DNA of 63,087 nt, the filler included, from Parasitella parasitica NRRL 2501 (Eukaryota; Fungi; Mucoromycota), in assembly GCA_025201805.1 (NCBI GenBank). It is 4 parts of 4 records of this genome, joined end to end, with 100 filler letters (N's around TTAATTAATTAA, not from the genome) between each part and the next. Parts side by side here need not be neighbours in the genome. Positions count along the whole stretch, not along the records: positions 23,625 to 48,450 come from MU619421.1; positions 48,551 to 60,946 come from MU619306.1; 2 more parts are not named here. One strand, written 5' to 3'. Below, one piece after another: positions 41,277 to 53,829 of the stretch (positions are counted from its first letter, which is position 1; every line of letters starts with the position of its first letter). Made by a program: the position numbers and the translations under genes. The notes under the pieces are model-generated. The model worked only from the letters and a program-made list of their open reading frames with translations. It was not told where the DNA came from and searched no databases.

Positions 41277-41532
41277 GAAGCTTTGCGTTTGAATTAGGCG
41301 TGCTCCTGTTGTTTACTCGTATGTAAAACATATCACCATATCTCGAATTTTGTACAAATCCCAATCGATTTGCTTATATTGCCCTTTTATACACGTTATT
41401 TCTCACCAACACTCCCAACTCATTTAAAGCATCATCCATCGAATAAATATACACACTGTATCGTTTTATTAACGCCTTATTTATACGGCCATTCGGAATA
41501 CTGTTTTGGGGAGACCGAGAAAGTCTATGACA

Positions 41533-43270
41533 TTACACAAGATCCAAAAGATTATCTCTTTTTTCATTCTCCCTTTCCATAAAGTCATTCATATGTGCAG
41601 AAGTAGAATATCCATGAGCTTTCATATCTGCTAATGCTGCTTCTAATCTGGGATCATTTGCTCTGGATAGTGTTTTCACGAGCTTAAAGTAACAGCCTCT
41701 CAGAGGGGTCATTTTAAGTTTTTTCATGCGTTCCAGGTATGTAAAAGCATCTTCATAATCCTCACGTGTGCACATCAGAGTCACCATTTTACTGAGCGAT
41801 GTAACTGATGGTTTGACGCCCTTTGTAACAAATTCTTGATAAATGGAGGTTCCTAGCTCCGTATCTTTGCAATGAATGCAAGCATCTAATGTTGCATCTA
41901 GTGTTTCGTTATTGGGTGTCACGCCAAGACGTTTTGTTTGGCCATACAGAGAGATCGCTTCGTCGTATTTTCTATTAAACGCAAATGCATGAATCACAAG
42001 ATTAAATGCAGTTACGTCAACGGGTTCTCCCCTATACGACATGTCCTCCAAAATATCTCTTGCCCTGTAAATCGCATTGACATCTCGTCCAATTTTGTAA
42101 GCTACAGGAAGCGCTAGTTTCTTGTTTGGTATAATGCCTGCTTCCCGCATAGTTGAAAACACTTTGAATGTGCTGGCAATGTCTCCAGTCGATGCAAATG
42201 CGTCGATCAAAGGTGCAAAATGACATTCGCGATAGGTGAAGCCAAGTTTACCAATAATTCGGATAACATCTCCTGCTAATATCGGGTCGCTGTGTTTTCC
42301 AGCCAAATCCAAAACGTACAAACACAGGCCCTCATCTGGACTGTATTGGCAATCAATTACTGCTTTTTTCCAGCTTGACACTACAGGAGCATACTATCAA
42401 AGCTTATCAGCTTTATCTAAAAAGAGATCCCATTTATTACAGCTTACATGTCCTTCTACAGCAGCACATCGAAGTAACCGCATGTAGAGCATCTTGTCCT
42501 TTTCTCTAAACGTTTCTAGTTTTTCGACTTCTTCTAATAGGTCAGAGGCAATCGTGGGTTCGCGTAATTGTAAAGCGATATCAATCATAGACAGATAACT
42601 GAGCAATCCTGGTACCATATCCCTTCCCTTCATTAATTCTAACGTCTCCAAAGCCCTTTCCAGCTCTAAATTTTGCCGCATACAGAGAAACATATAATAA
42701 TAAGTCTTGGTGGTTTTAGAGTATCCGTATCGCTCCATTGCATTCAGTATTTTAGCTTGTAGGATTGAATCACCTATCTTTGCAGCCAACTATTACGCAT
42801 GCTGTTACACCCCAGGTCATTGAATCAGATCATCATAGTTTTCCTTACCTCTAATGACTTTTGGCAATAGTCTCTGCTAGGCCTCAATCCTTCACCTTCC
42901 ATTTGCTTTAATAATGAATATGCCTTGGAGCTGTCACTTTGTTTTGCATAGGCACTCAGCATATGCTCGTACGACTCATTGTTTAACTTGACTCCATTCG
43001 CGCGAAGATGGTTAGCTAGCTGTAATACTTTAGTTACTGTGCTTCCAGCACCATGATGGCGGGCTGCTGAATCATCCAGTACTCGAAACATTTTCATGTT
43101 GATCTCTTCTAGCAAGGAATTCGAGGTATAAGGTCGACATGTCAAATGAACTGAATTGTTTATGCCACCTATCTAAAGAGTGAGTATTTTGGTATACGAA
43201 TCTCGGCTGTGCTCTTACTCTTTGCAAGTTTTGGCCGATACTTGCACGGACCTAATATTCTTTTGAACAT
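41533..43270 (-). CDS. Mitochondrial pentatricopeptide-repeat (PPR) protein, 4 exons
   Basis: Repeated ~35-aa helical units (SYEHMLSAYAK...MEGEGLRPS; FAPLIDAFASTGD...MREAGIIPN; AFNLVIHAFA); basic presequence MFKRILG. Confidence 0.88.
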
Positions 43271-43402
43271 CAAGCCAAACAGTAGATTGGAAAAAATACT
43301 TTCTTTGCTATCCCCAGGCTTCCCGTCATTGAGATGTGCAACGACTGCTTTTCGGTAGATGCTTTTCCTTCTGCTCCGCGTGCAAAAGAAAAGCACATCC
43401 AG

Positions 43403-44177
43403 ATGTTCCAAAGTAAAAGTTATATTGAACGCAGACACGGCAAGATAGGTGTAGATAGAGCGACCTACCTCAAACAGTTGGTACAAGAGTTTGAGACAAC
43501 AGATAATAAAGGTGATTTACCACACATTTCTATCAATTGGCCAATAGCTCATGCTTAATTAGAGGCGAAGAAGCAAGTGCTTGCCAATTTAGCAAATTTT
43601 GCCTACGACCCAATAAACTACAATACGCTCTGGGATCTTCACGCCGTAAATCTATTCCTAAGTTAGTATCATGCCAGCTGGAAACATAGTAGAAAACTAG
43701 TTTTAACATCAGCGTAATCAATAGCTTCTCTTACAGATAGCGACCCACTTTTGCGGGAGTTTGGGATAGGAGGATTAGCGAATATATGCTTGGGTAAATA
43801 GCAAGTATTGAATATGGCTCATGTGACCTAAATCATATACCTATTAACAGAGCCTCGCCATCATGAATACATCTTGTCTCAACCCGTATTTCGAGACAAC
43901 ATCATCGATTGCGTGAACGTGCAGTATACATTGAACACCAAAGTAAACGCCATGACCACTCTAATGCAGCTTATGACATTAGACAACTATGCCAGTAGGA
44001 TCAAATTAAGCATTATTTACACATATAATATGCACTAACAGCCACCCTTCTTTCTCAGCTATCTTGACAGATAAATTAAGAACCAATCTCCAGAAAATAC
44101 AGAGAGACCAGCAACATGTACAGGCAAAAAACATGGCATCTTTATTCTTGCATGACTACTACCATCAAACATCCTAA
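43403..44177 (+). CDS. ARMC7: Armadillo repeat-containing protein 7 homolog, 5 exons
   Basis: [30 protein letters not shown]...[19 protein letters not shown]...[11 protein letters not shown]. Confidence 0.9.
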
Positions 44178-44179
44178 AT

Positions 44180-44809
44180 TCACACTCTCCAACGACCTTG
44201 CTCCTGGAATACATGGGACTCACCAACCAATTCACCCTTTTTTACCCGCTGGTACAGCACGACATCCCAAAAAGTCGGAGCACTTGCATTACAAAAATAA
44301 ACATCAGCATCTTTTTGGATACTTTCAAACAAATTTTGTCCAGACACAGCAGCGCACCAGTTCCGCTGTTGCTCCTGCGTAGCTTGTGGTTCATCCCAGT
44401 ATGCCAAACTGATATGGTTGATCTTCTTTGGCCTCAACTTTGCTATTGTATCGAATTTTCGAGTTATATTTTCCATGGCAACATAGTATTCGTCAGGTAC
44501 CAATACTGGAAGTAGAAGATGAATGGGTAGCTCGGTCATTTTATCTCTAATCAGATGACTCTTTTTCTCAACTTGAGGAAGAGGAGCTTTGTGGATGTCC
44601 TGAAACGATTCTTGAAGCGACTGCTTGAACTGACCTTTTTGTTCCTCATTGTTTACCTTGAAAAATCCCGTCATTGTGATGTGGCAACTATATTTATTTG
44701 CTGTTGTTGGCCCATATTTCTCTTTGCAACCATACAAAAAATGCTCTACATGTTGCTTGAACTCCTTTGAAGGCTCTAAATAGACGATAAGCTCTATTGA
44801 ACTAGTCAT
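44180..44809 (-). CDS. Stand-alone 2H phosphoesterase (UBASH3/Sts-type 2H domain)
   Basis: Two Hx[T/S]h motifs: KYSCHITMTGFF and INHISLAY; N-terminal ELIVYLEP; intronless. Confidence 0.75.
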   Translation of the reverse strand: MTSSIELIVYLEPSKEFKQHVEHFLYGCKEKYGPTTANKYSCHITMTGFFKVNNEEQKGQFKQSLQESFQDIHKAPLPQVEKKSHLIRDKMTELPIHLLLPVLVPDEYYVAMENITRKFDTIAKLRPKKINHISLAYWDEPQATQEQQRNWCAAVSGQNLFESIQKDADVYFCNASAPTFWDVVLYQRVKKGELVGESHVFQEQGRWRV

Positions 44810-44908
44810 AGTAAGAGTTATAAAAACACGAACAGGGAGAAAAAGAAACCGAAAATTTATAAATTAATCCTCTTTAATATACACAAACAACAAATCCCAA
44901 TAAGAGGT

Positions 44909-45433
44909 CTAATAATTGCTTGATTGTCTATCGTAATTGGCACCACCAGCGCGTCTAAGTTTTGTCATAATATCATTTTCTTTCAAATCTTGGAGAGAAA
45001 ATGCAGATATCTCGACATGGAAATTAGTGATCACACGCTTGACATCAGTAATTTGGATAGATAGTTTCCCCTTACGCATACCACTGACTTCCTCACCACA
45101 CCAAGGCACCAGGACAAACTTGACACGTTGAGAGTATCTTTTGTTGAGTTAGTGCGTGTCTATGCTCAAAGTACGTACAAATCGAACTCGCTCACTATCA
45201 CAATATACTTACTCGTCATTGCTCATGTTCATACGAAGATAGCCCCAACCTGCGACATCGCTTTTTAACTGTTCGACAAACTCATCCAGTCCTCCACTAC
45301 CTGAACCTGCAACTTGAAGACGATCAGGTCTGCCGTCCGCAAAATCGAAAAATGCCCAGTTGGTCTCGCTTTTGTCATTTCTAACGTCTTCATATGTTTC
45401 AAGAATAGCAGTATCATTTACGATCAGAGACAT
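44909..45433 (-). CDS. ADF-H/cofilin-fold actin-binding protein (coactosin-like), 2 exons
   Basis: YEDVRNDKSETNW, GSGGLDEF, NDE|YSQRVKFVLVPWCG, KLRRAGGANYD; intron ~45139-45211. Confidence 0.92.
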
Positions 45434-46339
45434 GTTTGTTAAATAGATTATCAAAGAAAAGTGGAGGAAAAGGAAGAAATACTTTTAAGGCTGTACAGAG
45501 TTAGGAGAGGAGGATTGGTGAGTTGAGAGCAAGAATGTCCGACCTCACACCTGCTATACCATTACAGGTGATTGGCCTAATCATAACTGCTTCCTGTTGA
45601 TAAATGAACACAATACACTCAAGCGAGCAAAATTGAAAGACAGGACGCACAGAAGAAATAATAAAAAGAATATCCTGGATACAAGTAGATTTCACCATTA
45701 GTATTTAGGCGAGAAAAAAGTGTTTTAATGATAAATAAACATATTATTAAAACAGGGTTCACGGCTTTTTTCTTGTTTCCTTTAGGTGCATCTCTTGCAA
45801 TCTTATAAAAAATCATGATTATCCAAAATCCTCTGTTACACATGAGTTAGGCGCTTGTTGCTTTGACCCTCCTCCTTTTGTAGCGTTCACTTGCAAAAAT
45901 AAGATTAATTTGAGGCAACAATCATACTTAATTTGAATCAATCTATATGTCACCAATCTAATTATGCTATCTTCCTGTGCAATTTTTGTGTTGAGATCAT
46001 ATCCCTATCAAAACTAATAGCATAAAATAGCGAAATCAAATTCCAATTAAGAATATACGATATAATCATGCAACATTGAAGCACCCATTATCTATTACGT
46101 ATTGAACCTTGGAAGAACTAAAATTAATCCTTGAATTCAGTAATTAGTAGAAGATGAACTCTAAAGGAAATGAAAGGGAGAAACTAACGTAGATTATCCA
46201 GTAGAATCATAAAGAGGACATGACCACCTCGAGACAGTCAATACTGAGTTAATTTAGATTCAATCACTTGCACGAAACGGTTTGAAGAAATAGTCGTGGT
46301 TATAAGGGCGAACGAAAGCAAAATTATTATTATTGTCGC

Positions 46340-47625
46340 AATATAACTTGGGTTACCACTGGGCGATGTCTCTATCAAAAGTTATCTACAAAAACAGTTT
46401 TATTTTTCAATATTTATCATCAATATCACATATTTGCTCATAACTTTTGCTAAAATGACAGTAGAACCGAGATCTAACTTGGAAAACTTAGCATTGACTT
46501 GGCGCTATCTGGCAACAACATTGGCTTCCATGTTTTTGTTGATTTCTATAAAATTACCAGATGATATCACAAATTAACATATCAGAATTGCATATAATCG
46601 ATGATAGGCTGCCATAAAGAGCAAAATAAACACTGNNNNNNNNNNNNNNNNNNNNNNNNNNNNNNNNNNNNNNNNNNNNNNNNNNNNNNNNNNNNNNNNN
46701 NNNNNNNNNNNNNNNNNNNNNNNNNNNNNNNNNNNNNNNNNNNNNNNNNNNNNNNNNNNNNNNNNNNNNNNNNNNNNNNNNNNNNNNNNNNNNNNNNNNN
46801 NNNNNNNNNNNNNNNNNNNNNNNNNNNNNNNNNNNNNNNNNNNNNNNNNNNNNNNNNNNNNNNNNNNNNNNNNNNNNNNNNNNNNNNNNNNNNNNNNNNN
46901 NNNNNNNNNNNNNNNNNNNNNNNNNNNNNNNNNNNNNNNNNNNNNNNNNNNNNNNNNNNNNNNNNNNNNNNNNNNNNNNNNNNNNNNNNNNNNNNNNNNN
47001 NNNNNNNNNNNNNNNNNNNNNNNNNNNNNNNNNNNNNNNNNNNNNNNNNNNNNNNNNNNNNNNNNNNNNNNNNNNNNNNNNNNNNNNNNNNNNNNNNNNN
47101 NNNNNNNNNNNNNNNNNNNNNNNNNNNNNNNNNNNNNNNNNNNNNNNNNNNNNNNNNNNNNNNNNNNNNNNNNNNNNNNNNNNNNNNNNNNNNNNNNNNN
47201 NNNNNNNNNNNNNNNNNNNNNNNNNNNNNNNNNNNNNNNNNNNNNATTTTTCAATATTTATCATCAATATCACATATTTGCTCATAACTTTTGCTAAAAT
47301 GACAGTAGAACCGAGATCTAACTTGGAAAACTTAGCATTGACTTGGCGCTATCTGGCAACAACATTGGCTTCCATGTTTTTGTTGATTTCTATAAAATTA
47401 CCAGATGATATCACAAATTAACATATCAGAATTGCATATAATCGATGATAGGCTGCCATAAAGAGCAAAATAAACACTGTCTTATGCGCCATAAGATTAG
47501 GCATGATCATCGCTATCTGAGCATATCTTGCTTACCACTGGGCGATGTCTCTATCAAACGTTTTTTTGTTTTCTGTGTCGGAGTTCGAAATATAATCACG
47601 TGTTTATATAATCACGTGTTTTTGT
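46340..47625 (-). repeat. Tandem array of the ~335-bp repeat spanning an assembly gap
   Basis: 46402-46635 is repeated at 47246-47479; ccactgggcgatgtctctatcaaa occurs at 46356 and ~47535. Confidence 0.85.
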
Positions 47626-47919
47626 TTTTCCTGTTACAGCTGAGGAAACTAGGTTGGGCCTGAGAGTTATATGAATAACGATTATTTCCAAAGACAATTA
47701 AATAAAGAGACTACAAGCGATTATATCACGGAGAACGTAGGGTCTTTATTAAAGATTGAAAAGGAAGCCAGGATTGCTCTGGTCCTGGTTTCTAAAAGTC
47801 TTTATACAATTGCATTTGAATGTCAGTGTCAATATTGGAATTGAGATGAGATTCAACCTTCAATTAATAGGCGAAAACCGACAGGGCCAAGGAAAATAAA
47901 TTTTGGTCATTTCTAAATT

Positions 47920-48085
47920 GAGTTGGGACACGATTACAAAAATGGGTCACGGAATACAAAAATGGGCCACTGTTAGGAAAATGGGTCACGAATACGAAAA
48001 TGGAACGTTAATATGAAAGTGGGACAGCAACATGAAAATGTGACACATAAGAGAATACGAGACACGAACACAACTGTGGAACTCT
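47920..48085 (+). repeat. Degenerate ~20-bp tandem repeats (aaaatgggtcac-like)
   Basis: aaaaatgggtcacg / aaaaatgggccact / gaaaatgggtcacg / gaaagtgggacag / gaaaatgtgacac. Confidence 0.7.
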
Positions 48086-51000
48086 ACCGAACAGATTCAA
48101 ACAGTTTTTTTCTTGGTTCAATTTAAGGGCGTAGCCCTGAAAACAGCAACCCTTTATAGAACTTGTACCATAGTCTAGTACTTTATGAACTAAGTGATTT
48201 ATCAGAATGAGAAATTATTCAAATAAAACGGTTGTGAATTAATCAGGTAAAGATCTCGTTTATTACATGGAAAAAATTGATTTATCAGAATGAGAAATTA
48301 TTCAAATAAAACGGTTGTGAATTAATCAGGTAAAGATCTCGTTTATTACATGGAAAAAATGATGGTTTATATACTAGTGAATCTAAGTGGACTGATGGGA
48401 GGATAAGATACAAGTGTGAGACATGGTGTGATTTAGAGAATGGAACGATANNNNNNNNNNNNNNNNNNNNNNNNNNNNNNNNNNNNNNNNNNNNTTAATT
48501 AATTAANNNNNNNNNNNNNNNNNNNNNNNNNNNNNNNNNNNNNNNNNNNNAATGGTTTTTGTTTGGTCAAAAAATACAAATTTTTGGGCGAGAAAATCTC
48601 GAAAAACGGAATTGATTTTTACCCTTTTCAATGGCTTCATTTTGGCCCTCTAAACATAGGGCCAGAAAATTATGGATTTATTTTGGTCGAGACAAGATTT
48701 CGATTTTTGGCAGATACAGTAGAGCTACAGAAGTGAACAAGATATTGATGTGTAGGCATTGAGGTGATGGTTTGTTTGGTCAACTTTATTGAGCTGAATA
48801 TGCTCAACGTATGCTCGATTTTACTCAAAAACTATCAAAAAAGGCGTTTTTCGAATATTTACAAATTGGTAATAAGAAAAGGTGTTTCTATAGCGTTGTA
48901 ATCTATATGGCTAAATGCAGAATTTGTTTTTTGTCATAAAACACTTAGTACGCATATCCGATATACCTATTGCGTTTATGAGATATTTAGCAATGAACTA
49001 TACGAAAAAAAGCTCGAAACTGGTTTAGGTCAAATGTAAACACAGTGCTGAGATTCAATCTACAGCCTCTTTTTTTTTTTTTTTTTCGCTGTAAATGAGT
49101 GCAACAACTATTTTCAATTAAAGAGCAAAGTATAATCCTAATAAGTACCTTGAGTATGTATCCATATGAATCGATAGCTGATATACGGCACAATACAGGC
49201 TAAAAAACTATTTTTGTATACCTTTATTTTTGGATGAAATAAACACCAGCAAATTTGAAATGTTACCTCTTTTCCTGCTTAAACACATATAACTTGCAAT
49301 TACTGATGTCTCTGCATACTATTAAGCGATGGAGACACAATTTTCAGCCAAAATATTTCCCGATTGAACTATTATACAATATATTCATTTCTCAAACATT
49401 TCTGACCATGATTCGGATTCTGCGATGTTTGGACCCCTAACCTCATATTCGATTTTCAATTTTCAGCTTAGGGGCAATCTTTAGGGTCATTTTTAGGTAC
49501 GATTTTGGGATCCAAAGCAACTATACATCCAAGTACTAGTACAATAACTGTACGTCACCACGCTCTCTGAATGCCAACAATATCTACCTTAGTTGTCGAG
49601 ATACTGCTAAAACAAGATTTTGCAGAAGATATATTTTATAGCAAGCTATACGGATAATGATTAAGTAAGATTAGGCTTTGGTATACAGTAAATAGAGAAG
49701 ATATTATTCAGAAAGTTTTTATCACGTTAAAATAACACATTTACACAACATTTTGCTCTGCGCTTTACTGTATATGAGGAAAACGAAGATGATTTTCCAT
49801 ATTTAAAGAGAACACAATCCAAATTATACGGGAAAAGATGTTCTCTTAAAAAAGATTATATATATTATCACAACGCTAGCTTTTTCAAACTCAGGATCAC
49901 GAAAAACTCAATCCATCAATAGGAGAAGAAAGCGTTTGGTATGTAGTAAAAAAAAAAAGCTTTTTTGTGATGATTAGAGACATATTTTGTTGTTTTTGCT
50001 CCACTCGATTTATTAATGAACTGAACAAATATTCGGTTAATAAAGTGTGGAAAAAAGACACTAGTAAAAAAAACCTAGAGCATACTGCACATTACCTACA
50101 TTATTAGATTTAGAAGTATGTCATCCACAATCTTTGTTTCTACAATAACAAATAAAGTATGAGAAATCGGACATTCTGGCCTAAAAAACAAAGTTTCGAT
50201 TTTTCTGTTTAATCCATTAATTTTTCAATACAATTCACTTTAATCTTTGCACAGTAAGATAGAGCACCAACTCTTGTATGAATGTGTTGTATTATGATTG
50301 GAGAATTTGTGTTGAATCTGGCATCAAATATGCAATCAAATTGTTTCGAAATGGGTTTTTTTTGGCGAACTGAATCATTCAGAACAGAAAAAAGCGTTTG
50401 CTTTTTTAAATTCAGCTGCGTGCTCAATTAAAGGCTCTTGAGGTATAGCTGGTAATTTAACCAAGATAAATCAGCATGGAATCATTTTTCTTTTGAGAAA
50501 TCAGTACTGCAAGATAGATCAGAATCTGTATCATATTTGAATACAATACCAATAAAAAACACAATATACCTTATAACCGTAATTTTTTTAAAATGATACT
50601 GCTGTATGTCGCAGATTTCTCAATTTTGGTTGCTTGTATTGAGCAGCGCAGAGACAAGAGAAACAACCCACATGTCAATTACAATACACCATTCGAATGC
50701 TACAATGCATTCAAACTTGCCAGTCATAATTAGAAGTGTGGAGAAGAACTATGAAACTTGAAATAGCTGTGTTTCTCAATTTTTCCTCTTTTCGTCAAGA
50801 TTTTAAATTGAAATAACTTTTCATCCAAGCAACCAATTTTTAAAACATAAAAAGTATCATATTCCACAACAGCAAGTCTATCTTGTCAATTAGCTTTGGT
50901 CCACCAGATTATAGTTTTTCACTTAGTTTTCTCACTTAATATTGTTTATTATATTGCATGCATTTACTGCTTACGCAAAAATACGGTCACTGGCGTATTA

Positions 51001-51117
51001 AAAAATTGGCTACGCCTTTTTTTTTTTTTTTTTTTTTTNNNNNNNNNNNNNNNNNNNNNNNNNNNNNNNNNNNNNNNNNNNNNNNNNNNNNNNNNNNNAT
51101 CTACAATCCAAACGCGT

Positions 51118-52380
51118 GCAATTTGTGTTCATTATTGCTGGTACTATACTTTGTACCGCTTTGATTCTGGGTAAAGTCGATTTTTTTCCTTAAAAACAGT
51201 GAATAATACATACGTTTTCTAAAAGACCATAACTAACACTCTCATGCACATTTTTTATAGTATACCTATTACAAGAAAACAATATACAGGATGGCGTGTT
51301 TCTAGTGCAATAGTTCATTCAGGTATTATCATTTATTATGATTTAGTGAGAGTTTTCTTACTAATTGAAAAGTTTACATTTGTAGTTTTAGTTCTCTCTT
51401 GATGTCAAGTGGATAGCCTATCATTGAAACTTGACATTAGCTTTTTATCCGGGTCATACAGGAGCATGTAGGCTGTTTCTACTCATCGACTGTGCTTACC
51501 CTAGCAGTTTTTGAGATGGGCCATTTTATCCGAAGCTGTGAAGTGTGGTAAGGCATTTTTCGGCTATTGAGGGGGGGTATTCATTGAAATTCTACCAATT
51601 TCTATTTTTGGTCGAATTTCAAATTCCGCCTAACATCAAAACAGGGGGAAACCCTGTTTTTTTGTTTTAAAGATTTTGGGGTTGACTTAGCCAAATTAAT
51701 CGCTCGATTTATAATTTTTCAGCACCTTTTTTTTTGATAAAAAACATAATAAACACAACTAAAAAATAAATCGTAATCTTTCCACTTTACTTGAATATTG
51801 AGGCTGTTATATCAATAAAATGCCATAGACCTTGTAGCAAGACCAAGGGGTTAAAAGCCAATGTGCATGGTAAATCAGGGATTTACAGTACACCGCATGC
51901 TCTATATATAAATCTTGGTTACAGTTGTGTATGATGACGTTCGCACAGACAGTACGGTTAGTTTATATAAATACATCCAGAGGATGTATTTCTAATAAAA
52001 GTGTTACTCTTAGGCAGATTCATTTTACTGACTTATTTTTGACATAACACTTTTTACACTTTCACGATTACGATGAACTCTCAACAAAACAACAAGACTG
52101 AAACTTACGCTACTATTGCAGCACGCGCTGTTGGCTCACACCAAGCTAATCCTCGCCGAAGCAACTCGCTTGCATCTTGTAAGCGTTCACGTCGTTCATC
52201 CGACATGAATGTGGACTCTGACACCCAAATGCCTGAAAGACAGGAAGGTCATCCTAGCTCCGTATCGAGCAATATTGCTGCTTTACATGAAGCTGAACTC
52301 GATGAGAATATTGAGAGGGAATTAAGCGATGGCGCTATTCCTCTTGACACGAGCTGATGTATATTTCAGATATTTCAATA
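51118..52380 (+). mobile_element. LTR-retroelement fragment: ~690 bp internal sequence + 245-bp LTR (51805-52049) + truncated gag-like ORF (52073-52357)
   Basis: LTR is TGTTAT...ATAACA with TATA and AATAAA; near-identical copies at 53059-53829 (+) and 60005-60946 (-). Confidence 0.75.
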
Positions 52381-52395
52381 CAATAAAAAGAGACT

Positions 52396-52709
52396 TGTTG
52401 ATGTATACGCACTGCTACATCTGCACTATATCAATTCCTACAAGTACTACGCTTGCTGATCTATTGCAAATATATTATATGATTGTATCAGATACAAATC
52501 AGTATAATATCTCAACGGTCATTGGATATCGCAATGTCTCGGCTGCCATGACATCAACAAGATATGCGGACTTGCTCTCAAATGTCAAGGTGCGAACAAA
52601 CTATTTGATATGTTACCTCAGTTCATATTCTTGGATCAATATCAAAAATGAAACCTATCAAACCAATTGACAATGCTAACACAGTGTATTTTCTATTCGT
52701 GCATCAACA
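52396..52709 (+). mobile_element. Solo LTR with TGTTGATG/CATCAACA termini
   Basis: 8-bp terminal inverted repeat; second copy at 23625-23892 (-). Confidence 0.75.
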
Positions 52710-53058
52710 GTGACAACATGTTATCACATTAATCTATTGGTTATTACAGCTACCATCTCAGTTGTAGTAAATAATTGAAGATATAAATACCCTGTATTTA
52801 TATCATAATAAACGAGATACTTCTTTTATTGTTCGGATACAGTTGAAAGCTGTGAATTATTACAAGTCTCTTTTTATTGTATTGAAATATCTGAAATATA
52901 CATCATTTTTTTTTCACAAGTCAAATCTTNNNNNNNNNNNNNNNNNNNNNNNNNNNNNNNNNNNNNNNNNNNNNNNNNNNNNNNNNNNNNNNNNNNNNNN
53001 NNNNNNNNNNNNNNNNNNNNNNNNNNNNNNNNNNNNNNNNNNNNNNNNNNNNNNNNNN

Positions 53059-53829
53059 TCAAAACAGGGGGAAACCCTGTTTTTTTGTTTTTAAGATTTT
53101 GGGGTTGACTTAGCCAAATTAATCGCTCGATTTATAATTTTTCAGCACTTTTTTTTTTGATAAAAAACATAATAAACACAACTAAAAAATAAATCATAAT
53201 CTTCCCACTTTACTTGAATATTGAGGCTGTTATATCAATAAAATGCCATAGACCTTGTAGCAAGACCAAGGGGTTAAAAGCCAATGTGCGTGGTAAATCA
53301 GGGATTTACAGTGCACCGCATGCTCTATACTGTATATAAATCTTGGTTACAGTTGTGTATGATGACGTTAGCACAGACAGTATGGTTAGTTTATATAAAT
53401 ACATCCAGAGGATGTATTTCTAATAAAAGTGTAACTCTTAGGCAGATTCATTTTACTGACTTATTTTTGACATAACACTTTTTTGAATCACCTTAACATT
53501 TTTTACACTTTCACGATTACGATGAACTCTCAACAAAACAACAAGACTGAAACTTACGCTACTATTGCAGCACGCACTGTTGGCTCATTCCAAGCTGCTC
53601 CTCGCCGAAGCAACTCGCTTGCATCTTGTAAGCGTTCACGTCGTTCATCCGACATGAATGTGGACTCTGACACCCAAATGCCTGAAAGACAGGAAGGTCA
53701 TCCTAGCTCTGTATGGAGCAATATTGCTGCTTTACATGAAGCTGAACTCGATGAGAATATCGAGAGGGAATTGAGCGATGGCGCTATTCCTGTTGACGCG
53801 GGCTGATGTATATTTCAGATATTTCAATA
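53059..53829 (+). mobile_element. Second copy of the LTR-retroelement fragment (LTR 53228-53477 + gag-like ORF start)
   Basis: Near identity to 51637-52380; ORF MNSQQNNKTETYATIAAR. Confidence 0.8.

Noticed and set aside
36053-45433. Siderophore biosynthetic gene cluster around rfs
   Set aside because: Neighbours (14-3-3, C8orf76-like, PPR, ARMC7, coactosin) have no evident role in siderophore synthesis or transport
46554-47287. Long ORFs made of X residues
   Set aside because: Artefacts of translating through an assembly gap
47920-48085. Short repeats as a CRISPR array
   Set aside because: Eukaryotic context, degenerate units with no unique ~30-bp spacers, and no cas genes
48195-48360. ~83-bp exact tandem duplication
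   Set aside because: Within an LTR-like repeat next to a contig end; may be an assembly stutter
52329-52670. 113-aa ORF with a near-identical copy at 23577-23903
   Set aside because: Lies within a solo LTR; the similarity reflects repeat copies rather than protein conservation
52355-52905. Apparent MITE with 44-bp terminal inverted repeats
   Set aside because: Better explained as two oppositely oriented pieces of an LTR family also seen at 25400-26432; no TSD
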